NCBI GenBank assembly: GCA_015680685.1
Contig: MNCI01002813.1
Span: 1,442,287-1,506,286 of the forward strand
DNA length: 64,000 bases
Source of the DNA: Gnetum montanum
Lineage: Eukaryota; Plantae; Gnetophyta
Direction of reading: 5' to 3'
Each line of letters opens with the position of its first letter. The first letter of the stretch is position 1. Made by a program: the position numbers and the translations under genes. The notes under the pieces are model-generated. The model was not told where the DNA came from, searched no databases, and saw nothing but the letters and a program-made list of their open reading frames with translations. This document shows positions 1-12,729 of this stretch, one piece after another.

Positions 1-481
1 GTGTAATTTTACCTTGTTTACATATTTGAGGTCTACACAAATCTTCTTTCTTTTCTTTTCTGTCTATTTCCATTGAATCTTTCTCTATTTCTAGTTTTCT
101 TGTGGAACTATCTCTTTCTCTGGGGAAAATTAGGAGTAGATTGCAGAGTTGTGCCCAAGTGTTTTTGCAAAATTTTATTTGTTACAAGTAGGTATTATAA
201 GGACCGCGTAGACTAGGTAGTTGAACAAAATAGGAAATTTTCAACTCACAGTACTTGGCAAAGTTGGCTGAATCTCTTTAAAGTAAGTCATTTGTAGTTT
301 ACACACAATGCAATCGTTACATTTCTCACAATCGCACGCCGCAACAACACACACACATACTCACATTAGCTATTGATTTTATTTGGAGGTATCTGGGCCT
401 TGGTGTTGCTAGAGACTAGCAGGCACCTAAATCCTGTTCGAGGACACTCATTGGTGGTCGTGTCCTAAACGGTCATCAACA
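1..481 (+). repeat. 5' LTR of element A (3' part only)
   Basis: Ends ...TCAACA at 481. Manual count gives about 35 substitutions and one 3-bp indel versus 9073-9556 (about 93% identity). Confidence 0.95.
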
Positions 482-488
482 GTTCTTT

Positions 489-505
489 TGGCGCTAGAAG
501 GAGGG
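489..505 (+). promoter_or_regulatory. Primer-binding site of element A (TGGCGCTAGAAGGAGGG)
   Basis: TGG-starting motif 7 nt after the LTR end. A decayed copy follows the element B LTR at 25643. Priming tRNA not assigned. Confidence 0.8.
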
Positions 506-606
506 ATGAAAATTAAGCCTCTAGGTTCATAAGCCTTATAATATCAGCACATCAACAATTCTTTGTTACTATAAAGGCTTAAGAAATTAGATACTATTTT
601 TAGTTC

Positions 607-2721
607 ATGACCAAGAAGATTAATAGTTTGGAAAATTTCAAAGTTTCACAAGATATTCTAGATTCTAAGACTGATTCTTCATCAGAAGAAGAACAAAAGA
701 CAGTTTCTGAATTGGGAACAAGTAGTGGAGTGAAAACTAGAAGATTAAGAAGATCACCTATTATAATTAGTTTATCAATTCGTAAGAGAAGATCTATAAA
801 GTTTAAGAGTTCAATTATTCACAGGAATAGGATGGCAAATCCTTGGCAAAGAGTTACACCATTAGGATTTCAAAATTACAATGATATTTTTAAGGTATTT
901 TACAAATATTTTCCTGAGCCTTTCATTCTTGAAAAAGCTTAGTTAGCTGAAGAATATACTCACATGTTTGAGTTAGCTTTAGCTCATGCAAATATTCAAC
1001 ATGAAGATCAAGCTTGTAGGTTGTTTGTATCAAATCTAAAGGATATGGCTCAGATTTGGTATTCCAACTTACCAAGCAATAGTATTACAAGTTGGGATGA
1101 CATGAAGAATATTTTCTTGGCCTAGTTTGGTAATCAATTAGATCAACAATGACTATATTGTGGGCTAGTACAAGCTAAGCAAGGATTTAAAGAGTCAATT
1201 AGAGATTTCAACATTAAGTTTTAACAAATTTGTGGACTCTTTCAAAGACAATATAAGCCATCAAAAGAAATGCTTAAGGAAACTTACCTTAAGGTTGTCA
1301 ACCCCAACATTTCAATTTGGTTAAAGAAAACTCCAAAATTAACTATACTAAAAAACTACTTTAGTGAAGCTATACAGTTAGAAAAATAGTTGAATCCTGA
1401 AGAAAATATTGCGATTCAAAAAAGAGAAGAAAGAGTTATGATTCCTATGCAAGATTTAGCTCAATTTAAAGCCTTACCAGGTCCATCTCATGTTAAGAAA
1501 GAGCAAGAACATGAAAAAGTGGGATATGAAAAGGGACAATTAATGAGAGATATGTCTAACAAAATAGTGAAGCTTGAAAAAGCATTGGCAAGAGTAAATA
1601 TCAAGGAACAAAACAAAATTGAAAAGCATAAACATCAAGATACTAAGTTAGTAGAAGATGAGGATGAAAGTGATCTTATTATGTCCAACTTTCTTGATAT
1701 TGAATTTGATAATGAGTTATCTAGTGTTCACTATGCAAGTAAATCTTCTAGCAATGGATCTAGTGATACTTTTTCTCTATCAAGTTCTGAATAAGATATG
1801 TCTTTAGATGAAGAGTGCAATAACAATGAGGAAAATGGATATAGTCTTCGATCAAAGGAAAGACTAACTACTTCTAGACCCCCAAATGTTATTACGGATC
1901 CATCTACTAAGAGAAAAGCATTTGAGCCAAGTAGAAGAGATAAGAATAAAGGTAAAGATAATCAAGTGGAACAAAGCACTCCAAATCAGTCTTTTAATAA
2001 ATGGATAAAGAGATCAAGCTTTATTGGTGATGGAGAATATGATTTGATTGAAGACCTTAAACATGTCAAGGCCAATATTAGCCTCTATCAGTTGCTTCAA
2101 ATAGAAGATCAGCAAAGAAAGACTTTAGAGTTCATTAAAGGTAAAAGGAGAGTTAGAGAATCAGAGTTAAGTTATGTGTCTAGTAATGATGAGAAATTAA
2201 AGACTTCATATGACAAGGAAGCTCCTCCTTTCCTTTTCACAATGAAATTAAAGGATAAATTCTTACACAATTGTTTGGTTGCTTCCGGAGCTACGTCTAC
2301 TATAATGCCATTGTCTATATGTAAGAAACTTGGTTTGATTCCTGAAAAATCAAATAAAAATATTGTTCAAGTGGATAAAAGTAGAGTGAAGATTGTGGGT
2401 CAATTACCAAGTGTTCTATTGGAAATTTCTTTTGAACCTCACATCAGAAGTAGAGTAACTATTCAAGTGGCAAATATACAAGATTCACATAGTCTCTTAT
2501 TAAGTAGAAGTTGGAGTAAGAATTTCTTAGGTTACATATCAATAGATTATTCTCACATGTGGTTACCTTGGAAAGGAGAACCAAATCAAATCTACATCTA
2601 TAGCAAACCTTTGATGATAGTTAATATTACTTCAAATGGAAGAAGTAAAATGGCTGAAAAAGGAGGTGTTGAAAACAAAATTTGTGCACTCCAAGAAAGT
2701 TATAGTCCTAAAAAAGAATAG
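607..2721 (+). pseudogene. gag and aspartic protease of element A (nonsense-disrupted)
   Basis: Single frame with stops. Retrotrans_gag-like DQACRLFVSNLKDMAQIWYSNLPSNSITSWDDMKNIF at about 1005-1120. Protease motif NCLV-A-SGATSTIMP has the catalytic D replaced by A. Confidence 0.9.
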
Positions 2722-2739
2722 TCAAAGTAAGAGGATAAA

Positions 2740-3114
2740 TGAGAGTTATACTTTGATGGTTCATGTAATTCAAAGGGTACAGGAGTTTGAATAGTTATAT
2801 TCAAGAATGATTCACCTGAAATTCTCAAAGCAATTCATTTATCTTTCCCTTGTACTAACAACAAGGCTGAGTATGAAGCTTTATGTATTGGTATGAGAAT
2901 AGCTCTAGACAAAAAGATCAAAGAAATCACTATAAAAGGAGATTCAAGATTAGTCTATGAACAAGTAAAAGGTAACTGTGTCGTAAAGAGTTCATTCTTA
3001 AGACCTTATAAGTAACTTGCTTGTAAGATGTTAGATTAGTTTCAACATTGCCAAATAGAGCATATAAATAGAGCAGAGAATCTTATAGCAGACAATTTGG
3101 CAAAGGATGCTTCA
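2740..3114 (+). pseudogene. Additional (archaeal-type) RNase H domain between protease and RT
   Basis: In frame with PR and RT: (W)ELYFDGS..., TNNKAEYEAL, IKGDSRLVYEQV, HINRAENLIADNLAK, i.e. all RNase H acidic motifs. Most of it is missed by the ORF track because of stops. Confidence 0.9.
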
Positions 3115-3480
3115 ACATCGGATATGCAATTATTAGAGAGTTACAAAGATGTCATGATTGAAAAAGAACATCATCCATCAGTACCAAATAATATAAGACA
3201 TTTACAAGTATTTGAAGACAATGATCAAGTACTAAGATTTATGAAAAATAAACAAGAATTTGAGGGTCAAGTAATACTTGAAATATCATCAAATTCCAAA
3301 GCTAATTCCATTCCGAAAAAGCTGATTGATTTGGAACATGATTTCAAGAAAAATTTACTCATTGGGAAGGATATACAAAACCCAGATAGTCAAGCTTTTG
3401 AGGTAGTGAATTTTGGGTTAGACAAGATGCCCAAGATGTTGAATGTTACAAAGGAAAGAGATTCGAATTTCAAGTGAGAC

Positions 3481-4640
3481 TTGTTGTCATGTCTAAAGAA
3501 TAATTTGGACAATTTTGCTTGGTCCTATGATCATCTTAAAGCTTTTAGGCAAGATGTGATGACACATAAGATTCCTTTAATAGAAGGTTACAAACCAGTC
3601 AAGCAAAAACAAAGGAAATTTAATCCATCATTTGAACCAGCTATTGAAGTTGAAATCAAGAAGTTGTTGCAAGCACAAATCATATATCCAGTACAATATT
3701 CGACATGGCTTGCTAACCTTGTTCCAGTGAGAAAGAAAAATGGTGATATAAGGTTTTGTGTAGACTTTAGAAATCTAAATGATGCTTCAAAAAAGGATAA
3801 GTATCCACTTCCAAGAATTGATGAGATGCTGATTAAAGTCTCAGGTTGTCAAGCATATTCTTTCTTAGACGGTTTCTCAGGTTATAATCAAACTGTCGTA
3901 GATAAGAATGATAGATACAAAACATCATTTATCACCAAATGGGGAAATTTTGCCTAACAAAGAGTGCCATTTGGATTGTCAAATGCTGGAGCTACTTTTC
4001 AAAGAGCAATGGATTTAGCATTCAAGGATTTATTAGGCAAATTCGTGGTGGTTTATTTGGATGATATTACAATATTTTCAAAGAAAAAATAAGATCATAT
4101 TAATCATCTCCAGCAAGTTTTCGACAGATTTCATGAGTTTGGTATTTTATTAAATCCTAAGAAGTGTATCTTCGGGGTTAAATCCAGAAGTTTATTAGGA
4201 CACGTGATATGTCAAGAAGGAATTGCCATAAACAATTCCTGAATCCAAGTAGTACATAATATTGAGCATCCCACAAGTAAGAAACCTCTTAGATCTTTCT
4301 TTGGGAAGATAAACTTTGTGAAAAAGTTCATCCCCGGGTTTACTAAAATTACCAAACCTTTGATGCATATGCTAAAAAATAATGTTCAAGTAGAGAAAAC
4401 ACCAGAATCAGAAAGAGCTTTATCANNNNNNNNNNNNNNNNNNNNNNNNNNNNNNNNNNNNNNNNNNNNNNNNNNNNNNNNNNNNNNNNNNNNNNNNNNN
4501 NNNNNNNNNNNNNNNNNNNNNNNNNNNNNNNNNNNNNNNNNNNNNNNNNNNNNNNNNNNNNNNNNNNNNNNNNNNATTTTCATTGGAAATATGCAAGACA
4601 ATTAAGGGAATGGGACTAGCTAAGTTAATGACTAGAGAAA
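3481..4640 (+). pseudogene. Reverse transcriptase and RNase H (RH mostly in the N gap) of element A
   Basis: [46 protein letters not shown]-terminal IKGMGLAKLM follows the gap. Confidence 0.93.
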
Positions 4641-4659
4641 ATGAAGTTTGTACACTTGA

Positions 4660-5893
4660 CACCCATGAAGAGAATTGGTATGATGAGATCTTCAAATTTC
4701 TTAATACAAGAAAAATCCAAAATAATTTTACTGCAAGTCAAAAGAGATCTTTCTTCAAAAGAGAACGAAGATTTGTTGTTAAAGATGGTATATTATATAA
4801 AAGGATTTTCGGGGAGTTTTATTGGAATGTGGTCATAATGATCAAATTAGTTTAATCTTGGAATGATTTCATGATCATTTGAATCTATTTTATGAATCCC
4901 CTAAATCAACTATGCAACATATACTTCGATATGGTTATTACTGGCTTTCCATGTATCAAGACATTAGTTCAAAGATTCAAAAATGCTATAAATGTCAAAT
5001 TTATGGGCCCAAGATTAAAAGGGCTAGAGCCCCTTTAAAGCCAGTAGTTGTAGTTAGACCATTTCAGCAATGGGGTTTGGATTTTATTGGTACAATTACT
5101 CCTTCAAGAGCTGGACACAAGTTTATTCTCACAACTACTGATTATTTCACTAAATGGTCTGAAGCAAAGGCTCTAAGAGGAAGTTCAACATCATACGTGA
5201 TTAAGTTTCTAGAAGACCACATTCTAAGTAGATTTGGTGTACCCGAAGTGTTAGTGTTAGACAATGGACCCACCTTCAAATCCGAAGAGTTTATCAGGTG
5301 GGCATCTGCACAATACATTTTTATATTTTCCTCATCAAGGAAATGGCCTAGTAGAATCTACTAATAAAAAGCTTATTTCTTATATTAAGAAATCGATGGA
5401 CGAGAATCCAAGAAATTGGATCGATTATTTACAATCCGCATTATGGTCAGATCGAATTAGATTCAAGAAAGACATTGCGACATCACCATATAACTTAGTC
5501 TATGGTTTGTCAGCAAGAATTACAAACAAGATTATAAGCTCAACGTCTGAATTTGTACAAAGATATAGTGAAAAGACTGATAAAGATAGAAGTTTCATGA
5601 CTTTGCTTATTAGAAGAGAAGCTGAAGTGAATAAAGCAAGGGATAATTTGTTACAAAATACCTCTCAAGTTAAAAGATGGTTTGATAGAAAAGCTTTGAA
5701 AAGGAATTTCAAGATAGGGGACATTGTCTTATTATGGAATATGAAGAAACCAAATAAGTTTACTTCAACATGGGTCGATCCCTTTCAAGTTACAAAGCAA
5801 TTGTCAAAGGATACTTATAAATTATCAACCTTGGATGGTATGGAATTGCAATTTCCATATAATGTTTTGCATATAAAACATTATTTGGGATAA
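4660..5893 (+). pseudogene. Integrase of element A (frameshifted)
   Basis: GYYW...C..CQ zinc-binding region, PFQQWGLDFIG, TDYFTKW, DNGPTF, PHQGNGLVE, W.DPF (GPY/F-like). Confidence 0.93.
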
Positions 5894-6273
5894 CTGCATA
5901 CTTGAAGATGTTATGATACAAAATAATATATGTATATAATATTATGTAAATATTACTAGGAGTATAGTGTCCATTATTATATTTAATTATGCTTTATTTA
6001 TATTTGAAACATTATCTTTCTTTCAAATGGGACAAGTGGAAGCCTACAAGTGAAACAAGTGGAATTCTACAAGTTTGACAAGTGGGGAAGGTGACTCATC
6101 CACCACTTAGTGAGGATTATGACAAATGGTTTGAATGCCTAGAAAGAAGGAAGCTTAGTTGAAGAAACTTGGATGGAAGTTAAAATTTTTAGCACCTATA
6201 AAAGGAGGGTTAGATTGCTTACGATTTCATCATCTTTTAATTCAAGTTTGGAAGTGAAAGTTATAGAGAGCTA

Positions 6274-6771
6274 ATGGAGTTTGAGAGAGTAATGAGAAAG
6301 CCTTTTATTCCATATGTGATGGGATGTTGCCCTGAGCATGTGTTGAAAGCTTATCTAAAGGCTAGATCTTATGGAGCTCCAAAGGAGTGTCCTTTTATGG
6401 ATTTGTTATCTGATGAATTTTCTTTTCTCACTAGAGGTTTGGATATAGAGTCCAATGTTTGGGGGCAATATCAAGATTTCTCCAAAGAAGAGGAAAAAGG
6501 AAAAGAGCCACCAACTTATGAAGAGTATTCATGGGGATGGGGAGAAGCTTTTGTCTCCCAAGAAGAAAATGAAGGACTTAATGAAGAGGAACAGAAGAGC
6601 TCATCCAAAAAAGAAAATGAGAAATCTCATGTAGATCAAGATGAAAGCTCTACCAAGCTAGAGAACAATAGGACTGCCTTTATCACATCAAAGATTTCCT
6701 ATGAAATAGTTATAGAGATGAGGATTCCCACTAGGGTAACCCTCACAATTCAGTTTCCATCCCAAGAATAG
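6274..6771 (+). CDS. Intact 165-aa extra ORF of unknown function in the 3' region of element A
   Basis: Open ATG-to-TAG ORF between INT and PPT, preceded by TATAAAA (6197-6203) and repeated ACAAGT motifs. Acidic central region. Confidence 0.55.
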   Translation: MEFERVMRKPFIPYVMGCCPEHVLKAYLKARSYGAPKECPFMDLLSDEFSFLTRGLDIESNVWGQYQDFSKEEEKGKEPPTYEEYSWGWGEAFVSQEENEGLNEEEQKSSSKKENEKSHVDQDESSTKLENNRTAFITSKISYEIVIEMRIPTRVTLTIQFPSQE

Positions 6772-6934
6772 TTCATGAAGGACTTGATAATGTATAGTTT
6801 GTTGTGTACAGTTTAATTTTTCTTAGGAATGAGGTTTTTGTCCCATCACACCTTATGTGAAATGGGAATTTTCCTCAAAAAGTATTTCTATTTAGTTGTA
6901 AGATTTAGTGAAATTTTTAGCATGTTTTAGTCTT

Positions 6935-6946
6935 GAAAAAGGGGGC
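6935..6946 (+). promoter_or_regulatory. Polypurine tract of element A
   Basis: GAAAAAGGGGGC just before the LTR start TGTTGG at 6952. Confidence 0.85.
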
Positions 6947-6951
6947 AAAAA

Positions 6952-9556
6952 TGTTGGCACATTTGACCATTACATGGAATAGTTGGAATATTTTGTTCAA
7001 ACTTAGCACAATCCCTGGTTGTAAATTTGCAGTTTAGTATTGTGAGTTGATTGGTATTCTTGGAGAAGCAAGTCAATGGTAAATAATCTTGATGTTGAAG
7101 CCTTCTTGGAAAGTAAATTAAAATGCCAAGTTATTTTCTTGAGTGAAGATTGAAATAACAAAAAAAGGAAGTGATTATTTACCACAAGAAAGCATACTCC
7201 TTGTTAATATTGGCAAAATAGACAACACCGTGGGTAATGGATTATCAAGAATCAGCTAAGAGTTGGAAGCAAGTGAAGGACCTAATAGACTACCAACAGG
7301 TTTTGAATCCTATAAATTTAAAATTATCAAAGGATGTAAAGGCTTCTGAACCAAAATTCCGACAAGTCCAAAGGCCCATTATTAACGCTACCAGAGAAAA
7401 AACTGAAAATCAGAAAAACAAAACTGAATGCCATGGTTTTTGGGCAAATCCATTGGCTTGCCGTTCAGGATTGCGCCCACGCATCAGCCGGATTTACGTT
7501 GCTGACTCGCTAGATGCTAAACCTAAGTTCGTGGAGCACGTGGGAGGCCCTTCTTTCACCATTGAGCTGAGTTAAAGGGGGTTTCGGGTAGCAATTGCGT
7601 GTAGGCTGTGTAGAAAGAACTGAGGCCAGTTCAAGGCAGAACGTAGTGGGCATATCATCGATTTCAGCAGAGACACTTGTGGATTTCAGAAAATGGATGC
7701 CTATTTCGCGCGATGAACAAATCTGGGTTTTCAGCCACAACAACGACAAATGCCTTTAAAACCCTAGTGGACGTTGCTTGAAGAATCTACATCAAATGTT
7801 GGAAGAAAAATTTGAAAGCCAGATAGTTTACCAGTTATCACAGACGGAAGGCAGCGAAAATCTACAAAGCAAGGATTAAATCATATAATCATCAAAACCT
7901 ACAAGGCATTTTCAAGAGGCATAGGTTACAACAGTTGCAGATCCTTACGGAACACACGACGACATTTCCTAAAGCAGCGGCTAAGTCTTCTCCTATGATG
8001 GAAATTGCTGGTAATGATTTTTGGCTGAAGAAGATAATTTGAATCAATTGTAGGCAGTTGCAGGATCGGTGCCTTCACCTTCGGGCTCATATTTTGGGCC
8101 ATCCCAAATTTTAATATCAATTATTAAGGATGCAAAAAGGATAAATTAACTACTGCTACCACCAATAAGGTGGATATTATATTATATTTTTTATGATAAA
8201 ATCTTAGAGCTTAATGACACTTAGTATTTAAAATTTAAATTAAATTAAATTATATTATGGAATTTAGATTTATTTTAATAAAATACTTACAAAGGCAATA
8301 TTTATAATATTTACAAATATTAATTCCTCCTAACTTTATGCATAACTTCCTAACTATATAACTCCCTCCTAATTAAATGGGCAAGTAACCTCCTAACTTG
8401 TTGGGCAAGTAATCTCCTAATTGGTTGGCCAAGTTACTTGGGAGGAAAGTTAGCTAGGATATTTTGGCATGTAACTACCTTGTAAACCTTATAAAAAGGC
8501 TTCATGAGAAAGAAGAAAAAAATATTTTCTGGGGGAAAAAAAAACTTTTGGAGAAGAGACTTTTGGGAGGTCTCATACATCACACTTTTAAGGCTACTAG
8601 TTAGCACTTAGGCTCTCACTTGAAGACACTTTGGGGTCTTGAGAAGAGCATTTGCAAAGAAGATTTGTAAAGACGATTGCTTGTAAGATGGCTTGCTAAA
8701 GGAAAGATTTCAGCCTCTTTGTCATNNNNNNNNNNNNNNNNNNNNNNNNNNNNNNNNNNNNNNNNNNNNNNNNNNNNNNNNNNNNNNNNNNNNNNNNNNN
8801 NNNNNNNNNNNNNNNNNNNNNNNNNNNNNNNNNNNNNNNNNNNNNNNNNNNNNNNNNNNNNNNNNNNNNNNNNNNNNNNNNNNNNNNNNNNNNNNNNNNN
8901 NNNNNNNNNNNNNNNNNNNNNNNNNNNNNNNNNNNNNNNNNNNNNNNNNNNNNNNNNNNNNNNNNNNNNNNNNNNNNNNNNNNNNNNNNNNNNNNNNNNN
9001 NNNNNNNNNTTGGAAGTTTGAACAATTCGTAGATATTGAATTTGGGATAGCTTTATTGTGAAGTGTTTACTCATGTAATTTTACCTTGTTTAAATATTTT
9101 AGGTCTACACAAATTTGCTTTCTTTTCTTTTTTGTCTATTTCCACTGAATCTTTCTCTATTTCTAGTTTTCTTGTGGAACTATCTCTTTCTCCGGGGAAA
9201 ATTAGGAGTAGATTGCGGAGTTGTGCTCAAATGTTTTTGCAAGATTTTATTTGTTACAAGTAGGTATTATAAGGACCGCGTAGACTAGGTAGTTGAACAA
9301 AATAGGAAACTTTCAACAACTCAAAGTACTTGGCAAAGTTGGCTGCATCTCTTTAAAGTAAGTCATTTGTAGTTTACACACAATGAAATCATTACATTTC
9401 TCACAACCGCACGCCACAACAGCACACACACGTACTCACATTAACTACTGAGTTTATTTGGAGGTATCTGGGCCTTGGTGTTGTCAGAGACCAGCAGGAA
9501 CCTAAATCTTGTTCGAGGACACTTGTTGGTGGTCGTGTCCCAAAAGGTCGCCAACA
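6952..9556 (+). repeat. 3' LTR of element A (about 2.6 kb including an N gap)
   Basis: TGTTGG...CCAACA inverted termini. TATAAAAA at 8490 is preceded by GGCAAGT repeats. Last 484 bp match the 5' LTR. Confidence 0.92.
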
Positions 9557-12500
9557 CCCACAAAGCGCTTAAACAAGATATTGACCTATATAACAAAAGA
9601 AAGTATCATTCAAAGTGAAAATCATCTAGCAAACATGGTTCATCTTCTTTTCTTAGAGATAGAAAGAAGGTTTCTAGAGAAAGAATTAGGAAAGAACACA
9701 CTACCATTTTCATACCTCATTCAAAAACTTTACAAATGATTAGGAATAATTGGATACACATATGATATCATTAGGAAAGCACAAACTACTTTATATGCCA
9801 AAATGATTAGGCCTAGCCTAGCTAAAAAGAGTCAAATAGAAACTTGACCATGCACAAAAGTAGCAATAACTAGCACATCAATAATAACTATCAAATATAA
9901 TTCCAGTAATAGGGACTAGTGGTGCAAGCCCTAACACCTTTGTTCTTATAGTAGACTCAGAAGTACATAGACTAGCTATGAGCCATTTAAGAATTATCAA
10001 AAGTTATCAGCTAGAGAATGAAAGACTTTGCAAAATTATTCATAGTTACAAAATATCAATCAAAAGTCTCATCAAACCTTATAACTAGATAAATCTTAGT
10101 TAATGTCATAAGGGATGATTAAACTACCTAAATTTCTAAAAAGGTTGTTGCATTTTAAGTAATGCTTGAATTAAGATGAGTGGATATAATTGTCGTAATG
10201 CCTCATGAAGAAGAATAGAAAACCATAGATCTTATTAGTGATCATAAGAGTAAGGCCCTAAATGTGCTAACTATACCACCTATATATTTTACTAAACTAT
10301 AAGATTTTCAAGTCAAAACTAGAACATGGAAAAAATAAGGAAAAATAATGATAGTAGATTAGCATGAAGATGCCCTAAAAAGACTGGTGCAAATAGGGTA
10401 GATTATCTAGGATGTCTTTGATATTTCTTAAGAAATCATAGCAACCTAATCCGAGTTCATTTTTATAAAGGTAAATTTGGTATTTGTAGAGTTTAGACTA
10501 CATCATGTGGATTTGGAGATTCAGATATTGCAAAATGAAATAGCCTAACTCTACACCTAGCTTCAAGACCTTACAAGATTTGTTGCTCTAAAATTATTAG
10601 GATAATTCATAACTAAAGAAGTTAATTTCCTTATGATTAAACAATACCAATTGGAGATAGAGCATGAGCAATCCACATAGGATGCATTAGCAACAAATGC
10701 AAGAACATATGTATATAAAAAAATCATTATCACAATAGAAGAAGAAAATAAAGGTCTTACTTTAGAAAATTGAATACTGGCTAAGATTACTAAGACAAAT
10801 GATCAATTAGAAGAAAGCCTTAGTTATTTTCGAGAGTAATTTATGATGGTAAGTTTGGATATTAATAAATTAGCTAGGAAAAATAGGAATCTTTTATGAA
10901 GTGAGCACAATTAGATAGAAATTTATAGTATAAATTAGTGTGTGGAAAAATAAAGCCAAGAAGCATGAGAAGGTAAAGAAACATTACAAAGAATAAGTGG
11001 GCATCAAAAAACAAATGAAATTAGCAAATACCAAGGAGAACGTGTCTCTTTAGCAAATGCCTACCTAGCAATCTATTCTTGATGAAATAACTACAATAAA
11101 CCAAGTAGAGATTAAAATGGAAGAGTTGCAGATCAAGGATATGTCCTAGTATTTAGATTTGTCCAATTAATGATACAAAAATATAGCCATGTTAACAACA
11201 AAAAGACTAAGGAATGAGCTAGAGAAATAGATTATCATCATGTTTTCACTCTATAAACATGTGCACCAACTTTGCAATGAACTATAATAGAAGGTACATA
11301 TTGCAAATGCAAAGTTGGAGGTTCTTCAAGCAAAGTTCATCGATCAACGAAATGTTGCTGAGAACCTAGTAAAGTACATGGAAAACTACCAAGACCTACA
11401 TAAACAAATAAAAATGTTCAACATGAAATGAAATAAATTTGAAACCTGGTTTATTGAAGTAAATAAAATGTTCCTCAAATTGTCATGTCCATGGGAGGTA
11501 CTAATAACTTTCAACCTAGTCAATGTTTCTTAAACAATGAATGGCCCAAGGACAAATAAGAAGCTAAGGGCATTATTCGATTATTTTTGCATGACGAGAA
11601 TGGTAGCAACAAGACAACCATAACAGTAATTGATATAGGAGGAACCACCGCTATTGGGAACCATATGAACACCTACATCAATAATCTTTTGAAGTCATCC
11701 AAATTTTGTAAATTTTTATGTATATCTAGATACTTTGTCATTCTATAAGCACCATTTGAATAAATGTTATAATGTGGTACTTGAGTAAGTTAATGAGTCA
11801 GTTAGTTGAAGTCACCTTTATAATTTTGTAACAAACTTTGTTTCAATTTTGTTTAACTTGTGGATAAGCTTTTAGTCAATCATAGGGTTATGATGAACAT
11901 TCAATAAGTGAGTTGTGACATCACACCTATGATACCATAGCTACAATATTGTATGAAGTTATACAATATCATACATGTGATGTATTTAGGATTGGAACCA
12001 CTTATAAACATTATCCAACCACTGCACTAAGTACACTTTTTGGTCATACCTTAGTAGAATTCTTGTAGTTTTGTTTAGTAAATTTAGTTTTAGTCAATGA
12101 TTCTTGTAGTGTGATTTGAAGTGATTATATGAGATCTTTATTCAAGTAGAATTTTCTTGGACACATTTCATGGTCAAACACAGAGATTAAGATTATTTCT
12201 GATCATTACAACATTTCACTTAGTTTTAAATTTACTTTTCCACATAATTTTATTTTCTATGGAATTTACTTTTCATTGTACTTAAAATAATGTTTACATT
12301 TCAATGCGTAATATATTTTTACTAAATAACTACAATTGATCTCAAGCATAATGTGTGATTGCTTGGTAATCCAATAGTGATATCACTTGGTACACCTAGT
12401 AGAGTATTACTTGGTAATTCCAATAGTAGTTATGCTAGTCCAAAATGTGTATGATGAATCAGGAATATATGTTTATTGCGATTAATCTAGCTTAGGATTT

Positions 12501-12720
12501 ATTTTTATTGATTCATAGATCTACTATTCAATTTTAATTTTTTACTTTAGCTTTATCAATGCTAAATAATATCATATTATATGCCTTACTTTGAGTTAAA
12601 CCATACATTTTGACCACAATTAACTCAAATGGAAAGACAACAATAAATGATCATGTATCAACTATCTAGAAGTCCAACTAAGTCAAGCTTAGCCATCCAT
12701 AGGGTACAATTAGGTCATTC
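9557..12720 (+). mobile_element. Decayed Athila-like element E (ORF2 remnant, PPT region and 3' LTR about 11891-12720), host of element A
   Basis: ANMVHLLFLEIERRF...TLPFSYLIQKL (about 9630-9735) matches ORF2 of elements D and F. TTTAGTCAATCATAGGGTTA|TGATGA junction matches the reverse complement around 20700. 12345-12720 resembles the reverse complement of the D LTR. Confidence 0.75.
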
Positions 12721-12729
12721 GCAATGCTT

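Larger units (their letters stand above)
1..9556 (+). mobile_element. Ty3/gypsy Tat-clade LTR retrotransposon A (gag-PR-aRH-RT-RH-INT-extra ORF); 5' LTR runs off the window start
   Basis: 1-481 aligns with 9073-9556. PBS follows the 5' LTR and a PPT precedes the 3' LTR. All gypsy domains are recognisable in order. Confidence 0.95.

Noticed and set aside
4318-4695. ORFs spanning the first N run
   Set aside because: Artefacts of the assembly gap. The gap probably hides most of the RNase H and may be longer than shown.
8616-9074. Several 109-152 aa ORFs full of X
   Set aside because: Artefacts of the N gap inside the 3' LTR.
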